Below are positions 1-11,412 of a DNA stretch of 64,000 nt, piece after piece. Origin of the DNA: Macrostomum hystrix (Eukaryota > Animalia > Platyhelminthes); the NCBI GenBank assembly GCA_950097015.1, contig CATNEN010000039.1, positions 3,410,001-3,474,000 of the forward strand, given 5' to 3'. The first letter of the stretch is position 1. Each line of letters starts with the position of its first letter. The notes under the pieces are model-generated. The model had not been told where the DNA came from, searched no databases, and was given only the letters and a program-made list of their open reading frames with translations. Position numbers and translations under genes: made by a program.

Positions 1-2137
1 TCTCGAGAAGGCAGTGCTGGGCAGCGGTTTTGCCCTGGCTGTTTTCCTTGATATTGAGGGGGCCTTCGATAACGTTATTTTCGAAGCCTTTGAGAAGGCC
101 CTGGTTTCCAGGGCCACTCACCCCCACCTCGTCCGTTGGGTCATGTACATGATCCGGAATCGCCACGTGGTGGCCCACCTCGAAGGCAGGGTGCTCTCGG
201 CACCTGTCCTAAAAGGAGGGCCCCAAGGTGGCGTCCTCACCCCACTGCTGTGGAATCTCGTCATGGATGAGCTGCTAAAAAGCACTCGGCCTGACCCAGT
301 CCTGAAGGTGGGATATGCCGACGATGTGACCGCCATCTGCGCGGGCCCCTCGGCGGAAACCACCAGGGACCTCATTCAGGGCTTTATCAACAGGGCGGTG
401 CGCTGGGCGGACCAATGCGGGCTCCGACTCTCTGAGTCCAAGACCGTTGCGGTTATGTTTACCAGCAGGCTGCGCTGGACCATTGAGCCTCTGACTCTCT
501 ATGGCAAGAATATTGCCATGGAAAAGCAGGTCCGGTGCCTTGGTATCCTGCTAGACCATAGGCTTAACTGGACCCCGCAAATTTACCACAAAGGCCAAGA
601 GGGCCCTGGCCATTCTGGCGCAAGTCAGGCGAGCCGTGGGCACCACTTGGGGGCTAACCCCCAAAAACCTTTGGTGGATTTACACGGCGATCATTAGACC
701 GTCAGTCGCTTACGCTGGCCTCATCTGGGCCAGTGCCATGAGCATCCAGAAAAACCTGGAGGCGCTTTATAGGGTGCAGGGCAGAGCCTGTCGCATGACG
801 CTGGGCGCCCCACCCTCCACTCCCTTTGAAGGCATGAACGCTTTCCTCAACGCTACACCCATTGACATTTTTGTTAAGGGGGAAGCGGCAAAGTCCACCC
901 GTCGTCTCCTTGATGCGGGTGTATCCTTCCAGAATTCGCGAGCCTTCTCGAAGCGCTCCCTTCTGCCCCACTCTGACCTCTGCCTGAAAACTCTGGGCGA
1001 GTGCGGAGGGCTCACCATCCTTTCGGACGGGGCCCCGGCCACTTTACTCCGGAGCCACAGGTACAAAGTCAGCATCTTCCCTCGTAATGAGGTAAAGGAC
1101 TGCTGGGATGACCCCGCAGTCCACTGTTACACTGACGGCTCCCTGATGAACGGTAAATCGGGATTCGGGGTGTGCGTCGCCTCGGGTGGCGAGGTCCTCT
1201 GGACCCACTCCCAACACTGTGGCAAGAGCTCAAGCGTTTTCCAAAACGAAATGCTCGCCATCAGTTTCTGTGCGGCTGAGCTGCGCCAGAGGCAGCTGGC
1301 TGGTCGGAGGATCTTTTTTCACTCCGACAGTCAAGCAGCCCTCAAGGCCCTCAGTCGCTGCACCTCTCGCTCCAGAACCACCTTGGACTGCAACACCCAG
1401 TTAAACGGTTTGGCGCAGTCTAACAAGGTGGAGCTGATGTGGATCCCTGGGCACGCCGGGCTCACAGGGAATGAGATGGCGGACGAGCTTGCAAAGGCTG
1501 GAGCAGCCAGCTCCCTGATGGGCCCGGGCCCGGAATCCCCGATCCCCGCCTCCGTTGTCAACTCCAGCATCAACCACTGGATGGAGACCCAGCACCGGAG
1601 GAGGTGGTCCAGCACCCTGAACTGTCGCCAGTCCAGGGCTGCGGTGCCAACCCCCTCTAGTAACCTGCGTAAGGCCTTACTCAGGCTAAACCGCAGAGAC
1701 CTGAGAGCAGTCACCATGGCCCTCTCGGGACATGGCTGCTTCACCAGACACCGCTACCTCCAAGGCCACGTGCCTGAGGAAACGTGTCCTTTCTGCTGCT
1801 CCGGCCGTGAAAACGCCGAGCATTTCATTTGCCACTGCCCGGCCTTCACCCGGGCTAGGCTAAAACACCTCGGGCCGGCACCGACTCTTGCCGAAGCCTG
1901 CTCGCCCGAGAACATCCCTCAGCTCGCCCACTTCCTCCGGGATACCGGCCGAGCTGATTTCTTCCCAGCCTATGGCGAGGAAGATCGCGCGGCGGAACCG
2001 ACCGACGGACCACCCTGAGCGGCACCGCCTCGCTGGAGGCCGTCTGGCTGCCAGGGGTTAGCGATATGGGCGGCAGCAGCCGCCTCCTCGCTGCGTCCGT
2101 CATGGAGGCCCCCTGCCGCTAAGTCAAGTAAGTCAAG
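1..2137 (+). mobile_element. Non-LTR retrotransposon (LOA/Tad/R1-like), 3' part: RT, RNase H, CCHC knuckle, 3' UTR and short repeat tail; 5' end lies outside the window
   Basis: ORF 14-697 has RT motifs FLDIEGAFD, GPQGGVLTPLLW, GYADD. ORF 636-2018 has RNase H motifs ([31 protein letters not shown]) and CPFC-x7-H-x4-C. The two ORFs join if one T is removed at ~582-584. Tail aagtcaagtaagtcaag at 2121-2137. Confidence 0.93.
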
Positions 2138-4121
2138 ATGACCACCTTGGCGCCAACTGAATGGATTACGGAGAATCGAATGAGAATTGCAGATAAAATG
2201 ATCTATTGAATATTTTAAATAGTGAACTCAAATCAGCACTTACAGATATGCTGCTTGTGCACTTTTCTGTTAGACTCACGAATCTACGCTTGCTAGGCTT
2301 CTAGATCCGCACAGTTCAGATCACCATTATAAATCCCTATTGTAGATTCCCACACCCGAGGGCCCAATTTCAGATCCCCATTCTAAATCCAGACAGTTTA
2401 GATCCCCAAAGTCCAGATCCCCGTTCTAGATCCCCACAGTTCAGATCCCAAAGTCCAGATCTCCATTCTAGATCCTCACTGTTTAGATCCCCATTCTAGA
2501 TCCCTAATGTCCAGATCCTCAGTCTAGATCCCCACAGTTCAGATCCCCACAGTTCAGATCCCCATTCTAAGTCCACAAAGTTAAGGATCCATTCTAAATC
2601 CCCACAGTCCAGATCCCCAAATTCCAGATCCCAATTCTAGATCCCAATTACCCAGATCCCCATTCTAAATACCCAAAGTCCAGATCCCCATTCTAGATCC
2701 CAATTCTAGATCCCCATTCAGCTGAGATCCCCTTTTCCAATTCCCCTTTAGAGCAGTCACATCTGCTCGCCACCAATACAGTTATATCAAAGAAACATTT
2801 GTCTCTCTCTTACCATCCTGAATGCGGGCAGCCAGGGCTTCAGCACTGAAGCCGGCGAATACGACGGAGTGGGCCACGCCGATTCGGGCGCAGGCCAGCA
2901 TTGCGTAGACCACTGGCGGTCCGGTGGGCATGTACAGCACTGCGGTGTCGCCAGCCCGCATGCCCGACTGTTGCAGCAGGTTGGCCATGCGGCACACCTC
3001 GGCATGCAGCTGACTGTCGCGAAGGTGAGAGGAACGGAGTGGCGGCACATCAAAAGGCTAATGAAAATTTTAAAAAACGTCCAAATTAAAGTAACGACAA
3101 ATTCAAAAAATATTTAAGCGAATTGTAGTTTGGGGGTGGGTGGCAGAGTGGTTAACGCATTTGCCTCACGCACCAAGGTCCCTGAGCTCGATTCCGCGGC
3201 GAGGCCACATTCATTTGGGGCGCAGCCGCGGAGAGAAGGCTTGGGGGCTTGTGCAATTTACACACTTAAAGGCCAACCTGCAAGGTACAGAGAAAGTGTA
3301 TACTGCCTGACGATGAGAAAGTCGGAGTAGGTGTGCGTGTGTACTCAGGAGTCAGCAGAATGGGCAGAATTGCCTCCTCGCTGGCTGCGGGTCTACTGTC
3401 ACCAAATGTGCCATTGCCCGAAGCCCTGCTGCAATTATTAATATTTTACTAGTATAGTATCCGGCGGTAAATTGGAAAATGGCGGTGCATCAAGGATAAA
3501 AGTAAATTAGATCATTTACAATCAACGATTTAAGTGAAATTAAGATGTCGGCTACATCAAAGGATCACTAATCATTAATACTTGTGGTCAATTGAACTCC
3601 AGATTGAGCCAGGAAATAACAGCGCTGCCATCAAATACTTCAAATTATTAGCTAACTCAATAACTACTCACGCATAGGTGACATAGACTTGGTTGCCAGG
3701 CTCATCCTGTTCCCAGATCAGGGCGGTCTGCTCAGCCCGGGTTGCCAGGTGACGATCCACGCAGTTGACTGAATTCGGCAGCAAATACGAAGAAGGGGGA
3801 TGCTTTATAATAGAGAAACGCCAGCTAGTATATTCAACCCTACCCCATACCGCTTGCATTGAGTTTGCCGCCGAGATACCACGCAATTTTCGCGGCCTTC
3901 AGATTGCAATCCGACACCGTGTGAAATGGCTGCGCCCAGGTCAGTTCCTGTTCGCCTAGTAGCTTCCAGAACTGCTCACATTGAGCACTGTCCTTGCGCA
4001 ACACTGAGCTGAGTTGGTCATAGTTGAGGCTGCTGAAACTGCCCAGTGCAGTGAATTTCGTTGTCAAATCTGACAGCTGACGCACAGGCTGCCTCACAAG
4101 TTGCAGAGGGCACCTCAGCAT
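2137..4121 (-). CDS. ACSS1: Acetyl-CoA synthetase (ACSS1-like, probable mitochondrial presequence), 5' exons; disrupted by the LINE in exon 4
   Basis: Exons 4121-3851, 3768-3672, 3013-2814, 2156-2137 with GT-AG boundaries in consistent phase. Motifs [63 protein letters not shown]. The N-terminus is Arg/Leu-rich. The ACSS1 vs ACSS2 assignment is tentative. Confidence 0.85.
2345..2730. repeat. Degenerate ~15-bp tandem array (tccagatcccc / ttctagatcccc) in ACSS intron
   Basis: Repeated agatcccc cores with variable spacers. Confidence 0.8.
3131..3395 (+). mobile_element. tRNA-derived SINE, near full-length copy
   Basis: A-box-like tggcagagtgg and B-box-like gctcgattcc. The body (gcagccgcggagagaaggcttggg...ctgacgatgagaaagtcgg...gggcagaattgcctcctc) recurs in reverse orientation at five other positions in the window. 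Confidence 0.8.
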
Positions 4122-4224
4122 CTGGGAAGCTGGAAAATAAAATGAACAACTGTTTGGAATTATTCATTTCAATTGTCTAATCTGACAGCGAATTCTGTGA
4201 CAATGTTCATAACTGCAGAGGGCA

Positions 4225-4300
4225 ATGCACGACAAGCCCCCAAGCCTTCTCTCCAAGAGAATTGCCTTTGCCGCGGAATCGAGCTCAGGGACCTTACTGC
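4225..4300 (-). mobile_element. Partial copy of the same SINE
   Basis: caagcccccaagccttctctcc...gccgcggaatcgagctcagggacctt is the reverse complement of parts of 3175-3252. Confidence 0.7.
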
Positions 4301-7300
4301 AAGGTTAGGCTAGGTTATGCTAGCACACATACTCAGCTCTGGATAAATTACATATAATGTATAAATTACTTCACTAATGTGCGTATTTGGTTTGCTGCAG
4401 TTTGCTTTGCTTTTCTGAGGTCAGATCTAAACACTTCAATAGTGGGAAAGTGGAGGATTAGGATTAATAGAGGACATGTAAAAAAGTGGGCATTAGACTT
4501 TAGAACCTAGCACCTTTGCGAGTTGTTCAATGTCGCCTAAGATTTGCATGCCAAAAAATGATGGCACATGTACTGCCAGGAGACAGTACATGTGCCCGTT
4601 TGCCCACCAATGATTGCCCACTGATGTTTGCGAGTTAGATATAATGGCTGTCTCAGAACAGTCAGATAAAATTTGATATTGGAAATGAAGAGACAGCCCT
4701 TCAGTTTCAGTCCAGTAAATGCAACATTTTTTAGCAAATGAGGAATAAATGAGCACTAATTTCTTACAGAGCACTATGTACTTTATCTGGTAGAGAATTA
4801 TATTAGCTAGAGCTTCTACCTGTAGGGGCTTTACTCCATAAATGTAGGTTTTCCTTTCCTATTAATTTGGTCAGCCTACAGACCACACTCTAGCAAAAAT
4901 AGATTGGAAATGTTGGCACATAAACATGCCCCTCCACTAAGGCTAGCCAGCTCATGGCAGCGCACTTAAGTTTGCTGTAGTATAGCTACAATAGGTGTAG
5001 AAAACAGCTACATACAGATATATGACAGATATTTTAACCTTAGGCTTAGCTGTTAAAGTAATAGGCATAGCCTTTCTATAGAAAATCTGACTGAAATGTG
5101 GCTTGGTTCTATAGATAAAGATAATTGTAGCTAACTACTGTTGATGTTCTTGCATAGCTAATATGTTTGTGTATTAAATATATATAAATATTAATTTTGG
5201 ATTCTGACCTTTTTAGCAAAATAACTAGCTAAGAAAGTTAAATTTCTCATTGAATATCAGTATAACCATTTGGCAATTGAGCAATCTCCTTTTTTCTTTG
5301 CTGTTTTAAATCATTAAACACCAAAAACTCTTTGAGTATTAAATATACATTTAGCTAACAAGTGAGTTAAGTATAAGTATCGCCATTGGCAAAACTAGTA
5401 AATTCAGTAGTAGTGTGCCTCCCACGTCCCACTGGAGAATGTTATCAAACTTCCTTTGCTTAGGAAGAGGTGGCACCATATATAATTGTTCAGGTGGAAA
5501 GTTAAGATATCTCAAAAGTGTTGGTATAGATTGCTAGATTTTAGATCAATAAAATGGAGTCAGCCATTTGACCCAACTTGAAAATAATGTGAAGTGGTGA
5601 AATTATTATTTTGCAGTAAAACTAGGCTGCTGGTTAGAGATTGTTTATTGTAGTTGATAGTCATTTAGTCTGCAAACTGCAGCCAGACTATATTTATTAA
5701 ATGTTATTTTTTTTCTGTTGGTGTCAAGAAAAATACCTCACAAGTTGTACATATAGCTAAGCTATGCAACTTTTTATATTCAATTCATGTGTGTAGCAAA
5801 ATGTTCATTAATTTATTGAGTCCGAAAACTTCATATAATAGCTAGCTAAATTAACATATTGATATTGCTACATAGCATAGTTACTAAATAGCAACGGCAA
5901 GAGCTTTGTAATATTGTAAGGAGTGTGTGACAGAGTACTTAAATGTTTGTGCAAAGAATAAAATTCAAAAAGATATGTTAAATAACACTTTTTAATTAGA
6001 TACTTCACTAGCTATCTGTCTAAAATAATTTAAATCTAGCTAGTTTTTTGTTAGCTAGTATGTAGTCCACAATCTACAATTACGAGTACTAAAACTTCAT
6101 GTAGGCCTAGGCCACTGCACTGGTAAGCTGGGTGAGGGTAACTCAGTTGGCCACTCAACTTAACTTCCCCCAAGGTCCTAGATAAGCTATAAGTCATCAC
6201 TGCACATCGTCTGTATGGTTGATTTTAGATCTACGAGTACTATCAGTTTAAAAGATTATATTTTATCTATTTTATATATGGATTAAGTTAAGTTAACGAA
6301 TTTAATAGATAAATAGAAAGATGGAATCGATAGATTGACATTTGGCTCGGGAAATTATCCCTGGTAAACCCAATCAATCGAGACACTATGTTACGTTTTT
6401 TCAAAGCAAACAATTAAGTTCAAGGCGAATCAGAGACTTTCGATGCAAATATTAAAAGGAAAAGCAAAGATAGTGGTTGAAAGCCATTAAAGAATGAATA
6501 ACCAGAACATGTTATGTCGTTAATAAGGATTTTAGTCAAGCCGACCTGTCATGGATTCTAATGAACAAGTATTTTAAAAGTGCTGATTGTCCTTGCTTTA
6601 AACAAAATTTTAGGCAAAATATTGCTTTTATTATTTCATTGAGTTTGCTCTACAAATAAGAACTATTAGCAATTTTTGGCGAAAATAAAATTCTGTAGTA
6701 CAGAGTTTAGCATTTGTTCGATGATGGATATGGATCACTCACTTATCACTCGACCCACGACTGATGATACTTCAGTCGTCCTTGTGTGGGGGTTGGAAAG
6801 TAGCTCAAGAATGCCCAGCTTCTAAGAAATATTAAGAAAAGTCGTCGACGGCACTTGGTTTGCATTTCTTTGCCTTGGTGGACTTGTGTGCCGTCATGAC
6901 AGCACATAAATAGTTTACCCCGGTTACCATTAGAACGATCGATTAGCAACGGTTTAGAGTAACCCACATGGAACTAAATCAGAAAGATATATTGTATCGT
7001 TTTATACACAAGATTTTAATAATAAAAAACACCCGAATGCCTTTGGACGTTGAAACACATCGGACGTTGAAGGAATCGAAGAACGACAGAGCAAGCTAGG
7101 CTGGCTATGCACTAAAAATCATGGCTTTTCATAGCGCAACTCAAAATCATGGATGCGGTGTGCAAATTGACATTATAGTATTATGAAGTTAAACTATTTT
7201 GCACACCTTAATTCATTGAGATCCCATGCAACCGGCTTCACCTAGGAACTAGCTGTGACCACAAAATCCTTACAACAGACTACATCCTTTCGTTGCAGCA

Positions 7301-7568
7301 CTATTTGTCAGGCACTATTATACTACGATACGCATGTGACGGGTGTTCGGTAAACAAAGTGGGTATCATACAATACGCTCGAATGCGATTGTGTTCTTTG
7401 ATGTCAGCTGAATGCGATTGATTTTGACGCGGCTCAATCCTCTTTACCTACATTTGCATCATATTTATTGTCAGTTTATGTAAATAACAGATCTTGACAG
7501 ACCATCCGAAGCTGGCCATGGCGCACACATGTAAGCGAAAGTCTCTGCTGCACACTGCTTTGACGGCT

Positions 7569-8654
7569 CTACAACTGCAGCATCAGTCGGATGCTCTTCA
7601 GAGAAATCGGAGAACTCGCCGGGTCAGTACCAAGCCAGTACATTGCAGAAGCATTTGGCATCCGAGACCCGAAGTAGAATCCGTTCGGGTTGCAATGCCT
7701 GCAATTCTTAAACCACCAGCCTCCGAAACCACCGATAGCCTGAGAGCAGGAGTCACTCCTGACATCGTTGTCCCTGTCCATTGTGGAGAACTGCATTCCC
7801 TTGTGATAGGTGAGCGCATCAGTGGTTGTATTCGAGCTGCCAGTCAGGTAGGAGTCGAAGGTCATGGCGTAGTTGGTCCTTGCCTTGTCCACCGAGAAAC
7901 CCGAGTGCTCGCACACGAACAGATCATTGGACCAGGTGACAGCCTCCACTCTCAGCAGTCTCGGTGAGCTGCCTGTCAGCTCGTGGATCGAGCGCAGACC
8001 TGGGTGAAGGTGAGAAAAGTAGTTCTGTCTCTGAGGAAAAAGATTCCCATTCCAGGCAGCCTGAGCTCACCGATCCAGAACTCGGCGCCGTCTCCGAAGC
8101 CGCTCTCGTACTCAGTCCAGCCGCGCGCGAAGCTCACACTGCCAGTCGACCGCTGCTGAATGATGCGGAACCGTCGGCCGTTAGTCATGAACAGAGCAGT
8201 GGCTGAAGTTCAGATAAGTCAGGCCTAGCAATAAGAATATGTGCATCAGAGCCTGTAGCCTCACAAGAGACAAGAAAAAAGGTCTTACAAAACTTGGTCC
8301 ACGACCTTCGATAGACGGAGGCGCTGGGAGCTGCGGCAGAGAAGTCGGCATTCCAGGCGACCGACAGCAGGCAGAGCAGAGTCCCTGGCACGAAGGCCGT
8401 GGCGGAGCAGCCGGAGCCGAGGGCCTGGCACCTCAGGGCGCAGTCAGTCTCGCTTCGACCAGACGCTGACGTCAGCCCCGAATCCGGTTCAAATTTGCCA
8501 GCCGGTTCTCTTAAGAACTCTGCGATCGGAAAAAATAGTGCGTCATTGTTGGTGCTCAGTCTGCGAATCTGATAGGATATAGGATAGTGAGCTGCATACA
8601 AAACTTACTTTCAGCAGACACCATTGCAAGAATGGCAATCGACCAAAGAATCAT
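7569..8654 (-). CDS. Secreted fibrinogen-related domain (FReD) protein with an N-terminal PAN/apple-like Cys module
   Basis: Exons 8654-8609 (signal peptide MILWSIAILAMVSAE), 8519-8289 (DCALRCQALGSGCSATAFVPGTLLCLL), 8202-8071 (IIQQRSTGSVSFARGWTEYESGFGDGAEFWIG), 7999-7569 (HKGMQFSTMDRDND, GGWWFKNCRHCNPNG). Splice phases are consistent. Confidence 0.88.
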
Positions 8655-8787
8655 TTCCCGAGCAGGATGGATTTGCTTAGTGACGATGACGCCGCGCAAC
8701 TAACGGCCTTCACTCCGGCTTTTGTTTGCTTCTTGTTTGCTTCCTCTGGCGTTTCTGCGCTCCCGCTCAGCCTCCAGCAGCTAATTG

Positions 8788-9107
8788 CTTCCATCCTTCC
8801 ATCTTCCATCCTTCCATCTTCCATCCTTCCATCTTCCATCCTTCCATCTTCCATCCTTCCATCTTCCATCCTTCCATCTTCCATCCTTCCATCTTCCATC
8901 CTTCCATCTTCCATCCTTCCATCTTCCATCCTTCCATCTTCCATCCTTCCATCTTCCATCCTTCCATCTTCCATCCTTCCATCTTCCATCCTTCCATCTT
9001 CCATCCTTCCATCTTCCATCCTTCCATCTTCCATCCTTCCATCTTCCATCCTTCCATCTTCAATCCTTCCATCTTCCATCCTTCCATCTTCCATCCTTCC
9101 ATCTTCA
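8788..9107. repeat. 15-bp tandem array (cttccatccttccat) x~21
   Basis: Near-perfect periodicity; source of the spurious repeat ORFs at 8651-9259. Confidence 0.97.
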
Positions 9108-9255
9108 GTTCTACCACAAAGACTTTAAGCTTTTGCTTCAATTATTGTAATTTCTGCAACTTCAAAGTTTTTAGTGCTTTTTTGCAGATTGCAGGCCTTC
9201 CTGCAGTCCTCTTGCCGGATATTTCTACTCCTAATGGCTGCTATATTAGCATCCG

Positions 9256-9838
9256 ATAATTTTCTGCTTATCCACACGGCAGCTTGTATGAATAAGTCTA
9301 CAACTCTTTATATATGCCGTGCCGTTAATTTAAATTTTATCCACACGGTTCTGTTCTTTAAAACGAGGCCCTTTCGGGTTTGAACGTTTTGTTGAACCCT
9401 CGAGCCAATAGATCGACAAGTTGCCAGTGTGTTACGACAGTGTTCTACATTTCGTTTCGACCTACACATTCATTAACCGACATTAATTTCATCCTTTTTA
9501 ATTATTGTAATAACAACTTACTAAATCTTTTGTCATCGTTACGTGTTTTCATTCGAATTGTATTGACTTTAAAAGTAAGAAGTCTATCAAAGAAAATCAT
9601 ACGAGTTAACCAGCAGAATTCTAGTCAGCACCAAACTCGTCACACATATTATACATCATTGTTATTCTTTTACACTATGAATTGATAGTGTACACTATAC
9701 ACTATACTCTGAAGCAAAAACCTTATGCTCAGAGAAGAATAGGTAGGCCCCTAGGGACTTGAAAGTAGACCTATTCATACAAGCTGCCATGTGGATAAGC
9801 AGAAAATTATTGGCACATATCCGTGTGGATAAAATTGA
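9256..9838. mobile_element. Fold-back/MITE relic with ~46-bp inverted repeats
   Basis: ataattttctgcttatccacacggcagcttgtatgaataagtctac (~9256-9301) matches the reverse complement of ~9766-9811 with 2 mismatches. A second pair is aattttatccacacgg (~9333) and ccgtgtggataaaatt (~9821). Confidence 0.65.
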
Positions 9839-9863
9839 AATTATCGGCATAGGACCATGGGAA

Positions 9864-10116
9864 CATAGGTGTAGGAATGGGGGGGACAGTGGGGCCATGG
9901 CCCCCCCACTTTTTAAGTTGGGGGGGGGCAGTAATGAGATCTGGCCCCCCACATTTTAATGCAAAATGTTGACTTTTTGCTTATTTTTACTTTTTTTACT
10001 GAAAGGGCAATATTAAAATAATAATAATTGTCAATTTTTGGGATTTTTTGTTCGGGGAAATGGATCCTCCCCTTGGCCTTGACCCCCCCACTTTTTTAAT
10101 CATTCCCACGCCTATG
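9864..10116. mobile_element. hAT-type MITE (253 bp)
   Basis: TIRs cataggtgtaggaatg / cattcccacgcctatg (2 mismatches). Flanking 8-bp TSD catgggaa (9856-9863) / cgtgggaa (10117-10124). Confidence 0.8.
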
Positions 10117-11412
10117 CGTGGGAATAAGCACTTCCTTTTTAGTCTGATCATTATAACTTCAGAACTAAAGTTACTAAACGTTATTAAAACTTTTGATTTT
10201 TTAATAACTGTTTATCATAAAGTATTTACAAGCACAATCATTGAGTGTAGCAATTTAAAGTACCTTAAAACCACTTGTTATTAGTTTTTTCTACTTCTAG
10301 TTTGCCATTACCCAGATTACTTAAAGTTTTAGTATTTGCTGGTACTAGTAGACATGGCTTAAATGACATAAACATATAACATTTATTCATCTCATGAAGT
10401 TCTAGACATGATTCATCTTGGCCTAAATCTAGTAGGTTTTAGGTTCTAGGTTTTAGATAGGATATCAAACCAACTTTAGGTAGGCCCTAGCTATTTTTGT
10501 GAAATCATTAGACATAGCAATCAAGCAACTGTTCAGCTTCTAGAATTCATAAATGTAGCTAATTTTCATTGCTATAGGCAAATATATTTTATATGCCAAA
10601 TTTATATAAATTATATTAGGTTGGTGAAAGGACAGTACACTTACAATCAAATTGCCAAAATATTAATTTGTGTTATTTGTCTATATGAGCAAGGATATTT
10701 TCATTAAGCATTTTGAAGAATAACTTATATCGTTACAAATAAAAAATAAGGTAAATTTTCTGTGCTCACTTACAATTGTTGTAGGCCTGCCTAAGTAACT
10801 AAGATTTTGTGCTCATAATAATATATTTTATGCTCATAGACAGTGCATATAAGGTAGATGGACACAACATCTGAATTTGTCATGATAATGATTATTGATA
10901 AACTCAAAATGCTAGTAGCCTAGTCTAAAGTCTTGTAGTGTATAGCAAAAACATGTAAGATAGCTAGCAGGGATTGGAATTGCTATATATATTTATGCCT
11001 TGCTATTAAGTTTAGCTGTTTTGCCAATTTTATTGTCCATTTTTTGCATGGATCAAATAATTAAAAAGTTTTCTAAGGTATAAATGATTAGGCCAGTTTA
11101 AAATGTTACAAAAGCTAAAAATGAAAGTGACAATTTAATGGAGACAAATAATTTAATATTGTTAGATTTAAATTTAGATTTAGATTGTTAGATTAAGCTA
11201 CAAAAGGGCAAACTAAATTTGAATATTATGCCTAAGCTATAGTTAACTATTAATTGTCTCCAGCATATATTAAACCTACTAAAAAGATAAATTATATAAC
11301 ACAATTTTTCATCTGTGTACAATCTAAATAGTTAAAAAACAAACCTGTATACATATTTATGAGCTGTTTTTATAAAGAATCAGTTCAACTTCAATCAAAT
11401 TCAAATTTTCAG

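Noticed and set aside
3300-3335. Hammerhead ribozyme core (ctgacga...gaaa) in the SINE
   Set aside because: Only 3 nt separate the boxes, and no convincing stems I/III or NUH site could be built by eye; a covariance search would be needed.
8651-9259. Repeat-protein ORFs (MEDGR, ILPSS, FHPSI)
   Set aside because: Translations of a stop-free 15-bp array, open in several frames on both strands.
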